From: Isurus oxyrinchus
Taxonomy: Eukaryota
Reading direction: 5' to 3'
Length of the DNA: 64,000 nt
NCBI GenBank assembly: GCA_026770705.1
Contig: JANJGN010000030.1
Coordinates: 1,364,001 to 1,428,000, forward strand
The notes under the pieces are model-generated. The model saw only the letters and a list, made by a program, of their open reading frames with translations. It did not search any database and was not told where the DNA came from. Shown piece by piece: positions 27,001 to 39,000 of the stretch; the first letter of the stretch is position 1; each line of letters starts with the position of its first letter. Both the position numbers and the translations under genes were made by a program.

Positions 27001-30000
27001 GGAGTCCATCTGAAACCTCGCCGAGACAAGTGTCTGACGGAACCCTTGCCGAGAGCGGAGTACACCAGAACCTTTGCAGAGAGAGGCGTCCGACGGAACC
27101 CTCACTGAGACAGGAATCCGCTGGAACCCTCACCAGAGATTGTAGTCTGCCAGAACCCTCTCCTGGAGAGGAGTCCACCAGAACTCTTGCCGAGACAGGA
27201 GTGCGCCGGAACCCTCGCCCAGAGAGGTGTCTGCAGGCACCCTGGTTGAGAGAAGAGTCCGCCGGAATCCTCGCCGAGAGAGGAGTCCGCTGAAACCATC
27301 GCTGAGAGAGGAGTCCACTGGAACCCTCACCGAGACAGGAGTCTGCCGGAACCCTCGATGAGAGAGGAGTCCATCGGAACCCTCGCTGAGAGAGGAGTCC
27401 ACAGGAACCCTCGCAGAGAGAGGAGTCCACAGGAACCCTCGCAGAGAGAGGATTCTGTTGGAACCCATGCTGAGAGAGGAGTCCATCGGAACCCTCGCTG
27501 AGAGAGGAGTCCACAGGAACCCTCGCAGAGAGAGGAGTCTGCCGGAACCCTCACCGAGAGAGGAGTCCGCCAGAACCCTCGCCAAGAGCGGAGTCCGGCG
27601 GAAACATCGCCGAGAGAGGAGTCCGGCGGAAACCTCGCCGAGAGAGGAGTCCGCCGGAACCCTCGCCGAGAGCGGAGTCCGCCGTAAACCTTGCCGAGAG
27701 TGTAGTCCACTGGACGCTCGCCTGGAGAGGAGTCTGCCAGAACTCTTGCAGAGAGAGGAGTCTGCTGGAACCCTCGCTGAGAGCGGAGTCCACCGGAAAC
27801 CTTGCCAAGACAGAAGTCCGCTGGAACCCTGGCCAGAGAAGAGTCCACCGGACCATCGCCTGGAGAGGTGTCTGCCAGAACGCTCGCCGGGAGCGGAGTC
27901 CGCCTGAAATCTCGCCGAGACAGGAGTGCGCCAGAACCCTCGCCCAGAGAGGTGTATGCAGGCACCCTGGTTGAGAGAAGAGTCCGCCTGAATCCTCGCA
28001 GAGAGAGGAGCCTGCCGGAACCCTCGCCGAGAGTGGAGTCCGCCGGAAACATCGCCAAGACAGGAGTCCGCCGGATCCCTGGCCAAGAGAAGAGTTCAAC
28101 GGAACCCTGGCCGAGAGAGGAGTCCGTCAGAACCATCGCACAGAGAGGAGTCCACCGGAAACCTCGCCGTGAGTGTAGTCCACCGGAAGCTCGCCTGGAG
28201 AGGAGTCTGCCAGAACTCTCGCAGAGAGAGGAGTCCACCGGAACCCTCACCGAGAGATGGTTCTGCCGGAACACACGCCGAGAGAGGAGACTGCCGGAAC
28301 ACTCGCCGAAAGTGGGGCCCGTTGGAAACTCGCCGAGAAAGGAGTCCGCCATAACCCTCGCCGAGAGATGAGTCCGCCGGAACCTTCACCTGGAAAGAGG
28401 AGTCCACCAGAACCCTCGCAGAGAGAAGAGTCTGCCGGAACCCTCGCCGAGAGATGAGTCCTCCTGAAACCACACCGAGAGAGAAGTCCGCCGGAACCCA
28501 CACCAAGAGACGAGTCCGCCGGAACCCTTGCCGAGAGAGGAGTGTACCAGAAAACTCACCGAGACAGGAGTCTAACGGAACCCTCACCGAGAAAGGAGTC
28601 CGCCGGAACCCAGGCAGAGAGATGAGTCCGCCAGAACCCTCGCCGAGAGAAGAGTCCGCCAGAAACCTCGCCGAGACAGGAGTCTACCGGAACCCTCACC
28701 GAGAGATGAGTCCGCTGGAAGATTCACCAAGAGAGGAGTCCGCCAGAAACCTCGCCAAGAAATGAATCCGCCGGAACCCTCGCCGAGAGAGGAGTCTGCC
28801 AGAAACCGGACCGAGACAGGAGTCTGCCGGAACCCTCGCCGGACGCGGAGTACACCAGAACCCTTGCAGAGAGAGGAGTCCACCGGAAACCTCGCTGAGA
28901 CAGGTGTCTGCCAGAACCCTGGACAAGGGAAGAGTCCAATGGAACCCTGGCCGAGAGAGGAGTCCGTCGGAACCCTCGCTGAGAGAGGAGTCCGTTGGAA
29001 CTCTCGCCGAGACAGGAGTGCGCCGGAACCCTCGCCGAGAGTGGAGTCCAGCAGAAACATCGCCGAGAGAGGAGTCCGGCGGAAACCTCTCTGAGAGAGG
29101 AGTCCGCCTGAACCCTCGCTGAGAGCGGAGTCCGCCGGAAACCTCGCCGAGACAGGAGTCCGCCGGATCCCTGGCCAAGAGAAGAGTCCAACGGAACCCT
29201 GGCCGAGAGAGGAGTCCGTCAGAACTCTCGCAGAAACCGGAGTCCACCGGAAACCTCGCCGAGAGTGTAGTCCACCGGAACCTCGCCTGGAGAGGAGTCT
29301 GCCAGAACTCTCGCAGAGAGAGGAGTCCACCGGAACCCTCACCGAGAGATGGTTCTGCCGGAACACACGCCGAGAGAGGAGACTGCCGGAACACTCGCCG
29401 AAAGTGAGGCCCATTGGAAACTCGCTGAGAAAGGAGTCTGCCGTAACCCTCGCCGAGAGATGAGTCCGCCGGAACCTTCACCTGGAAAGAGGAGTCCACC
29501 AGAACCCTCGCAGAGAGAAGAGTCTGCCGGAACCCTCGCCGAGAGCGGAGTCCTCCTGAAACCACACCGAGAGAGAAGTCCGCTGGAACCCACACCAAGA
29601 GACGAGTCCGCCGGAACCCTCGCTGAGAGAGGAGTGAACCAGAAAACTCGCCGAGACAGGAGTCTAACGGAACCCTCACCGAGACAGGAGTCTGCTGGAA
29701 CCCAGGCTGAGAGATGAGTCCACCGGAACCCTCGCCGAGACAGGAGTCCGCCAGAAACCTCGCCGAGACAGGAGTCTACCGGAACCCTCACCGAGAGATG
29801 AGTCTGCTGGAAGCCTCACCGAGAGAGGAGTCCGCCAGAAACCTCGCCAAGAAATGAATCCGCCGGAACCCTCGCCAAGAGAGGAGTCTGCCAGAAACCT
29901 GACCGAGACAGGAGTCTGCCGGAACCCTCGCCGGGCGCACATTACACCAGAACCCTTGCAGAGAGAGGAGTCCACCGGAAACCTCGCTGAGACAGGTGTC

Positions 30001-33000
30001 TGCCAGAACCCTGGACAAAGGAAGAGTCCAATGGAACCCTGGCCAAGAGAGGAGTCCGTCGGCACTCTCGCCGAGACAGGAGTGCGCCGGAACCCTCGTC
30101 AAGAGTGGAGTCCAGCGGAAACATCGCCGAGAGAGGAGTCCGGCGGAAACCTCTCTGAGAGAGGAGTCCGCCTGAACCCTCGCCGAGAGTGGAGTGCGCT
30201 GGAAACCTCGCCGAGACATGAGTGCACCGGAACCCTCGATGAGATAGGAATCTGCCGGAACAAACGCCGATACGATGAGATAGGAATCTGCCGGAACACA
30301 CGCCGATAGAGGAGTCCGCCGGAACCATCGCTGATAGAGGAGTCCGCTGGAACTCTCAATGAAACAGGAGTGCGCCAGAACCCTCGCCGAGAGCGGAGTC
30401 CAGCGGAACCTTCGCCGAGAGAGGAGTCCGCCTGAAACCTCGCCGAGAGAGTAGTCCGCCAGAACCCTCGCCAAGAGAGGAGTCTGCCGGAACCCTTGCC
30501 GAAAGAGGAGTCTGCCGGAACCCTCGTAGAGAGTGGAGTCTGCCGGAACCCTCACCGAGAGCGGAGTCCGACGGAATCCTCGGAGACCGAGAAGTCCACC
30601 GGACCCTCGCCGGGAGAGGAGTCTGCCAGAACTCTTGCAGAGAAAGGAATCTGCCGGAACCCTCGCCGAGATCGGAGTCCGCCTCAAACCTCGCCGAGAG
30701 AGGAGTCTGCCGGAACCCTCGCCGAGAGCGGAGTCCGCCAGAAACCTCGCTGAGACAGGAGTCTACCGGAACCCTCACCGAGAGCGGAGTACACCGGAAC
30801 CCTCGCAGAGAGAGGAGTCTGCCGGAAATCTCGCCGAGAGATGAGTCCGCCGGCACCTGCGCCGAGAGAGGAGTCCGCCAGAACCCTCGCCAAGAGAGGA
30901 GTCCACCAGAACCGTCACCGAGAGAGGAATCTACCGGAAACCTTGCTGAGGGAGAAGTCCACCGGAACCGTAGTGAAGAGAGGAGTCTGCAGGAACCCTC
31001 GCCGAGAGGCGAGTCTGCCGGAACTGTAGCCGAGAGAGGAGTCCGCCGGAACCCTTGTTGAGAAAGGAGTCTGCCGGATACATCGCGGAGAGAGGAGTCC
31101 TCCAGAACCCTCGCCGAGAGAGGAGTCCGCCAGAAGCCTCGCAGAGACAGGAGTCTACCGGAACCCTCGCCGAGAAAGGGTTCTGCCGGAAACCTCGCCG
31201 AGACAGGAGTCTACCGGAACCCTCACCGAGAGATGAGTCCGCTGGAAGCCTCACTGAGAGAGGAGTCCACCGGAAACCTCGCCACGAAATGAGTCCGCCG
31301 GAAAACTCGCTGAAAGAGGAGTCTGCCAGAAACCTCACCGAGACAGGAGTCTGCCGGAAACCTCGCCGGGCGTGGAGTACACCAGTACCCTTGCAGACAG
31401 AGGAGTCCACCGGAAACCTCACCGAGACAGGTGTCCGCCAGAACCCTGGAAAAGGGAAGAGTCCAATGGAACCCAGGCCGAGAGAAGAGTCCATCGGAAC
31501 CCTTGCTGAGAGAGGAGTCTGTCGGATCCCTTGCTGAGAGTGGAGTCCAGCGGAAACATCGCCGAGAGAGGAGTCCGGCGGAAACCTCTCTGAGAGCGGA
31601 GTACGCGGATACCTTGCCGAGAGTGTAGTCCACCGAACCCTCGCCTGGAGAGGAGTCTGCTGGAACCCTCACCGGGAGCGGAGTCCACCTGAAACCTTGC
31701 CGAGACAGGTGTCTGACGGAACCTTTGCTGAGAGCAGAGTACACCGGAACCCTTGCAGAGAGAGGAGTGGGACAGAACCCTCACCGAGACAGTAGTCCGC
31801 CGGAACCCTCACCAGAGATTGTAGTCCGCCAGAACCCTCTCCTGGACAGGAGTCCGCCAGAACTCTTGCCGAGACAGGAGTGCGCCGGAACCCTCGCCCA
31901 GAGAGGTGTACGCAGGCACCCTGGTTGAGAGAAGAGTCCGCCGGAATCCTCGCAGAGAGAGGAGTCTACCGGAACACTCGCCGAGAGCGGAGTCCGCTGA
32001 AACCATCGCTGAGAGAGGAGTCCACTGGAACCCTCACCGAGACAGGAGTCTGCCGGAACCCTCGATGAGAGAGGAGTCCATCGGAACCCTCGCTGAGAGA
32101 GGAGTCCACAGGAACCCTCGCAGAGAGAGGAGTCTGCTGGAACCCACACCGAGACAGGAGTCCGCCAGAACCCTCGCCAAGAGCGGAGTCCGCCAGAAAC
32201 CTTGCCGAGAGAGGAGTCCAGCGGAAACCTCGCCGAGACAGGAGTCTGCCAGAACCCTCACCGAGAGCGGAGTCCGCCAGAAACCTTGCCGAGAGTGTAG
32301 TCCACCGGACCCTCGCCTGGAGAGGAGTCTGCCAGAACTCTTGCAGAGAGAGGAGTCTGCTGGAACCCTCGCTGAGAGCGGAGTCCACCGGAAACCTTGC
32401 CGAGACAGGAGTCCGCCGGAACCCTGGCCAGAGAAGAGTCCAACAGAACCCTGGCCAAGAGAGGAGTCCGATGGAAACCATGCCGAGAGAGGGGTCCAAC
32501 GGAAACCTCGCCGAGAGTGTAGTCCACCGGACCCTCGCCTGGAGAGGAGTCTGCCAGAACTCTCGCAGAGAGAGGAGTCCACCAGAACCCTCGCCGAGTG
32601 AGGGGTCTGCCGGCACCCTCGCCGAGCGTGGAGTCTGCCGGAAACCTTGCCGAGAGTGTAGTCCACCGGACCCTCGCCTGGAGAGGTGTCTGCCAGAACC
32701 CTCGCCGAGAGATGAGTCCGCCGGAACCCGCGCTGAGAGAGGAGTCCGCCGGAACCCGCGCTGAGAGAGGAGTCTGCCAGAAACCTCGCCGAGACAGGAG
32801 TCTACCGGAACCCTCGCCAAGGGAGGAGTCCGCCAGAACACTCACCGAGAGAGGAATCTACCGGAAACCTCGCTGAGGGCGAAGTCCACCGGAAACCTCG
32901 CTGCGGGAGAAGTCCACCGGAACCGTAGCGAAGAGAGGATTCTGCAGGAACCCTCGCCGAGAGGCGAGTCTGCCGGAACCGTAGCCGAGAGAGGAGTCCG

Positions 33001-36000
33001 CCGGAACCCTTGCTGAGAAAGGAGTCTGCCAGATACCTCACGGAGAGAGGCGTCCTCCAGAACCCTCGCCGAGAGAGGAGTCTGCCAGAAGCCTCGCAGA
33101 GACAGGAGTCTACCGGAACCCTCGCCGAGAAAGGGTTCCGCCGGAAACCTCGCCAAGACAGGAGTCTACCGGAACCCTCACCGAGAGATGAGTCCGCTGG
33201 AAGCCTCACTGAGAGAGGAGTCTGCCGGAAACCTCGTCAAGAAATGAGTCCGCCAGAAAACTCGCTGAAAGAGGAGTCTGCCAGAAACCTCACCGAGACA
33301 GGAGTCTGCCGGAAACCTCACCGGGCGTGGAGTACACCAGTACCCTTGCAGACAGAGGAGTCCACCGGAAACCTCACCGAGACAGGTGTCCGCCAGAACC
33401 CTGGAAAAGGGAAGAGTCCAATGGAACCCTGGCCGAGAGAGGAGTCCGTCAGAACCCTTGCTGAGAGAGGAGAGCACCGGAACCCTCGCCGAGAGTGGAG
33501 TCCAGCGGAAACATCGCCGAAAGTGGAGTCCAGCGGAATCCTCTCCGAGAGCGGAGTACGCGGAAACCTTGCCGAGAGTGTAGTTCACCGGACCCACGAC
33601 TGGAGAGGTGTCTGCCAGAACCCTCGCCGGGAGCGGAGTCCGCCTGAAATCTCGCCGAGACAGGTCTCTGCCGGAACCTCGCTGAGAGCGGAGTACACCG
33701 GAACCCTTGCAGAGAGAGGCATCCGACGGAACCCTCACTGAGACAGGAGTCCGCTGGAACCCTCACCAGAGATTGTAGTCCGCCAGAACCCTCTCCTGGA
33801 GAGGAGTCCGCCAGAACTCTTGCCGAGACAGGAGTGCGCTGGAACCCTCGCCCACAGAGGTGTACGCAGGCACCCTGGTTGAGAGAAGAGTCTGCCTGAA
33901 TCCTCGCAGAGAGAGGAGTCTGCCGGAACCCTCGCCGAGAGCGGAGTCCGCCGGAAACCTCGCCGAGACAGGAGTCCGCCGGATGCCTGGCCAAGAGAAG
34001 AGTCCAACGGAACCCTGGCCGAGAGAGGAGTCCGTCAGAACCCTTGCAGAGAGAGGAGTCCACCAGAAACCTCGCCGAGAGTGTAGTCCAACGGAACCTC
34101 GCCTGGAGAGGAGTCTGCCAGAACTCTCACAGAGAGAGGAGTCCACGGAACCCTCACCGAGAGATGGTTCTGCCGGAACACACGCCGAGAGAGGAGACTG
34201 CCGGAACAATCGCCGAAAGTGGGGCCCGTTGGAAACTCGCCGAGAAAGGAGTCTGCCGTAACCCTCGCCGAGAGATGAGTCCGCCGGAACCTTCACCTGG
34301 AAAGAGGAGTCCACCAGAACCCTCGCAGAGAGAAGAGTCTGCCGGAACCCTCGCCGAGAGCGGAGTCCTCCTGAAACCACACCGAGAGAGAAGTCCGCCG
34401 GAACCCACACCAAGAGACGAGTCCGCCGGAACCCTCGCTGAGAGAGGAGTGTACCAGAAAACTCGCCGAGACAGGAGTCTGCCGGAACCCTCACCGAGAG
34501 AGGAGTCCGCCGGAACCCAGGCTGAGAGATGAGTCCGCCGGAACCCTCACCGAGAGAGGAGTCCGCCAGAAACCTCGCCGAGACAGGAGTCTACCGGAAC
34601 CCTCACCGAGAGATGAGTCCGCTGGAAGCCTCACCGAGAGAGGAGTCCGCCAGAAACCTCACCAAGAATTGAATCCGCCGGAACCCTCACCGAGAGAGGA
34701 GTCTGCCAGAAACCTGACCGAGACAGGAGTCTGCCGGAACCCTCGCCGGGCGCGCATTACACCAGAACACTTGCAGAGAGAGGAGTCCACCGGAAACCTC
34801 GCCGAGACAGGTGTCTGCCAGAACCCTGGACAAGGGAAGAGTCCAATGGAACCCTGGCTGAGAGAGGAATCCGTCGGAACCCTCGCTGAGAGAGGAGTCC
34901 GTCGGAACTCTCGCCGAGACAGGAGTGCGCCGGAACCCTCGCCGAGAGTGGAGTCCAGCGGAAACATCGCCGAGAGAGGAGTCCGGCGGAAACCTTGCTG
35001 AGAGTGTAGTCCACTGAACCCTCGCCTGGAGAGGAGTCTGCTGGAACCCTTGCCGTGAGCGGAGTACGCCTGAAACCTCGCCGAGACAGGTGTCTGCCGG
35101 AACGCTCGCCGAGAGCGGAGTACACTGGAACCCTTGCAGAGAGTGGAGTCGGACGGAACCCTCACCGAGACAGGAGACCGCCTAACCCTCACCAGAGATT
35201 GTAGTCCGCCAGAACCCTCATCTGGAGAGGAGTCCACCAGAACTCTTGCCGAGATAGGAGTGCGCCGAAACCCTCGCCCAGAGAGGTGTCCGAAGGCACC
35301 TGGTTGAGAGAAGAGTCCGCCGGAACCATCGCCGAGAGTGGAGTCCGCTGGAACCCTCACCGAGACATGAGTGCACCGGAACCCTCGATGAGAGAGGAAT
35401 CTGCCGGAACACACGCCGAGAGAGGAGTCCGCCGGAACCATCGCTGAGAGAGGAGTCCGCTGGAACTCTCAATGAAACAGGAGTGCGCCAGAACCCTCGC
35501 CGAGAGCAGAGTCCAGCGGAACCTTCGCCGAGAGAGGAGTCCGCCTGAAACCTCGCCGAGAGAGGAGTCCGCCAGAACCCTCGCCAAGAGAGGAGTCTGC
35601 TGGAACCCTTGCCGAGAGAGGAGTCTGCCGGAACCCTTGCCGAGAGAGGAGTCTGCCGGAACCCTCGGAGAGGGAGGAGTCTGCCGGAACCCTCACCGAG
35701 AGCGGATTCCGACAGAATCCTCGGAGACTGAGAAGTCCACCGGACCCTCTCCGGGAGAGGAGTCTGCCAGAACTCTCGCAGAGAAAGGAGTCTGCCGGAA
35801 CCCTCGCCGAGAGCGGAGTCCACCTGAAACCTCGCCGAGAGTGGAGTCCACCTGAAACCTCGCCGAGAGCAGAGTCCGCCTGAAACCTCGCTGAGACAGG
35901 AGTCTGCCAGAACCCTCGCCAAGAGAGGAGTCCGCCAGAAACCTCGCTGAGACAGGTGTCTACCGGAACCCTCACCAAGAGCGGAGTACACCGGAACCCT

Positions 36001-39000
36001 CGCTGAGAGAGGAGTCTGCCGGAAACCTCGCCGAGAGATGAGTCCGCCGAAACCCGCGCCGAGAGAGGAGTCCGCCGGAACCCACGCTGAGAGAGGAGTC
36101 TGCCAGAAACCTCGCCGAGACAGGAGTCTACCGGAACCCTCGCCAAGAGAGGAGTCCGCCAGAACCCTCGCCGAGAGAGGAGTCCGCCAGAACCCTCACC
36201 AAGAGAGGAATCTACCGGAAACCTCACTGAGGGCGAAGTCCACCGGAAACCTCGCTGAGGGAGAAGTCCACCGGAACCGTAGCAAAGAGAGGAGTCTGCA
36301 GGAACCCTCGCCAAGAGGCGAGTCTGCCGGAACCGTAGCCGAGAGCGGAGTCCGCCGGAAGCCTTGCTGAGAAAGGAGTCTGCTGGATACCTCGCCGAGA
36401 GAGGAGTCCGCCTGAAACCTCACCGAGAGAGGAGTCTGCCGGAACCCTCGCCGAGAGCGGAGTCCGCCTGAAACCTCGCTGAGACAGGAGTCTGCTGGAA
36501 CCCTCGCCAAGAGAGGAGTCCGCCAGAAACCTCACCGAGACAGGAGTCTACCGGAACCCTCACCGAGAGCGGAGTACACCGGAACCCTCGCTGAGAGAGG
36601 AGTCCGCCGGAACCTGCGCTGAGAGAGGAGTCTGCCAGAAACCTCGCCGAGAGAGGAGTCTACCGGAACCCTCGCCAAGAGAGGAGTCCGCCAGAACCCT
36701 CGCCGAGAGAGGAGTCCGCCAGAACCCTCACCGAGAGAGGAATCTACCGGAAACCTCGCTGAGGGCGAAGTCCACCGGAAACCTCGCTGAGGGAGAAGTC
36801 CACCGGAACCGTAGTGAAGAGAGGATTCTGCAGGAACCCTCGCCAAGAGGCGAGTCTGCCGGAACCATAGCCGAGAGAGGAGTCCGCCGGAACCCTTGCT
36901 GAGAAAGGAGTCTGCCGGATACCTCGCGGAGAGAGGAGTCCTCCAGAACCCTCGCCAAGAGAGGAGTCTGCCAGAAGCCTTGCAGAGACAGGAGTCTACC
37001 GGAACCCTCGCCAAGAAAGGGTTCCGCCGGAAACCTCGCCGAGACAGGAGTCTACCAGAACCCTCACCGAGAGATGAGTCCGCTGGAAGCCTCACTGAGA
37101 GAGGAGTCCACCGGAAACCTCGCCAAGAAATGAGTCCGCCGGAAAACTCGCTGAAAGAGGAGTCTGCCAGAAACCTCACCGAGACAGGAGTCTGCCGGAA
37201 ACCTCGCCGGGCGTGGAGTACACCAGTACCCTTGCAGACAGAGGAGTCCACCGGAAGCCTCACCGAGACAGGTGTCCGCCAGAACCCTAGAAAAGGGTAG
37301 AGTCCAATGGAACCCTGGCCGAGAGAGTAGTCCGTCAGAACCCTTGCTGAGAGAGGAGTGCGCCGGAACCCTCGCCGAGACAGGAGTGCGCCAGAACCCT
37401 CGCTGAGAGAGGAGTCTGTCAGAACCCTCGCCGAGAGTGGAGTCCAGCAGAAACATCGCCGAAAGAGGAGTCCGGCGGAATCCTCTCCGAGAGCGGAGTA
37501 CGCGGAAACCTTGCCAAGAGTGTAGTCCACCGGACCCTCACCAGGAGAGGAGTCCGCCAGAACTCTTGCAGAGAGGAGTCTGCTGGAACCCTCGCTGAGA
37601 GCGGAGTCCACCGGAAACCTTGCCGAGACAGGAGTCCGCCCGAACCCTGGCCAGAGAAGAGTCCAACGGAACCCTGGCCAAGAGAGGAGTCCGATGGAAA
37701 CCATGCCGAGAGAGAGGTCCAACGGAAACCTCGCCGAGAGTGTAGTCCAACGGACCCTCGCCTGGAGAGGACTCCGCCAGAACTCTCGCAGAGAGAGGAG
37801 TCCACCGGAACCCTCGCCGAGTGAGGGGGCTGCCGGCACCCTCGACGAGCGCAGAGTCTGCCGGAAACCTTACCGAGAGTGTAGTCCACCGGACCCTCGC
37901 CTGGAGAGGTGTCTGCCAGAACCCTCGCCGGGAGAGGAGTCCGCCTGAAATCTCACCAAGACAGGTGTCTGACGGAACCTCGCTGAGAGCGGAGTACACC
38001 GGAACCCTTGCAGAGAGAGGCGTCCGACGGAACCCTCACTGAGACAGGAGTCCGCTGGAACCCTCACCAGAGATTGTAGTCCGCCAGAACCCTCTCCTGG
38101 AGGGGAGTCCGCCAGAACTCTTGCCGAGACAGGAGTGCGCGGAACCCTCGCCCAGAGAGGTGTACGCAGGCACCCTGGTTGAGAGAAGAGTCCACCTGAA
38201 ACCTCGCAGAGAGAGGAGTCTGCCGGAACCCTCGCCGAGAGCGGAGTCCACTGGAAACCTCGCCGAGACAGGAGTCCGCCGGATCCCTGGCCAAGAGAAG
38301 AGTCCAACGGAACCCTGGCCGAGAGAGGAGTCCGTCAGAACCATCGCACAGAGAGGAGTCCACCGGAAACCTCGCCGTGAGTGTAGTCCACCGGAAACTC
38401 GCCTGGAGAGGAGTCTGCCAGAACTCTCGCAGAGAGAGGAGTCCACTGGAACCCTCACCGAGAGATGGTTCTGCCGGAACACACGCCGAGAGAGGAGACT
38501 GCTGGAACACTCGCCGAAAGTGGGGCCCGTTGGAAACTCGCCGAGAAAGGAGTCTGCCGTAACCCTCGCCGAGAGATGAGTCCGCCGGAACCTTCACCTG
38601 GAAAGAGGAGTCAACCAGAACCCTCGCAGAGAGAAGAGTCTGCCGGAACCCTCGCCGAGAGCGGAGTCCTCCTGAAACCACACCGAGAGAGAAGTCCGCC
38701 GGAACCCACACCAAGAGACGAGTCCGCCGGAACCCAGGCAGAGAGACGAGTCCGCCGGAACCCTCACTGAGAGAGGAGTCCGCCAGAAACCTCGCCGAGA
38801 CAGGAGTCTACTGGAACCCTCACCGAGAGATGAGTCCGCTGGAAGATTCACCAAGAGAGGAGTCCGCCAGAAACCTCGCCAAGAAATGAATCCGCCGGAA
38901 CCCTCGCCGAGAGAGGAGTCTGCCAGAAACCTGACCGAGACAGGAGTCTGCCGGAACCCTCGCCGGGCGCGGAGTACACCAGAACCCTTGCAGAGAGAGG

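Noticed and set aside
28317-28333. CENP-B box-like CGTTGGAAAC in a satellite variant
   Set aside because: The essential TTCG and CGGG positions are missing; only the non-critical middle matches.
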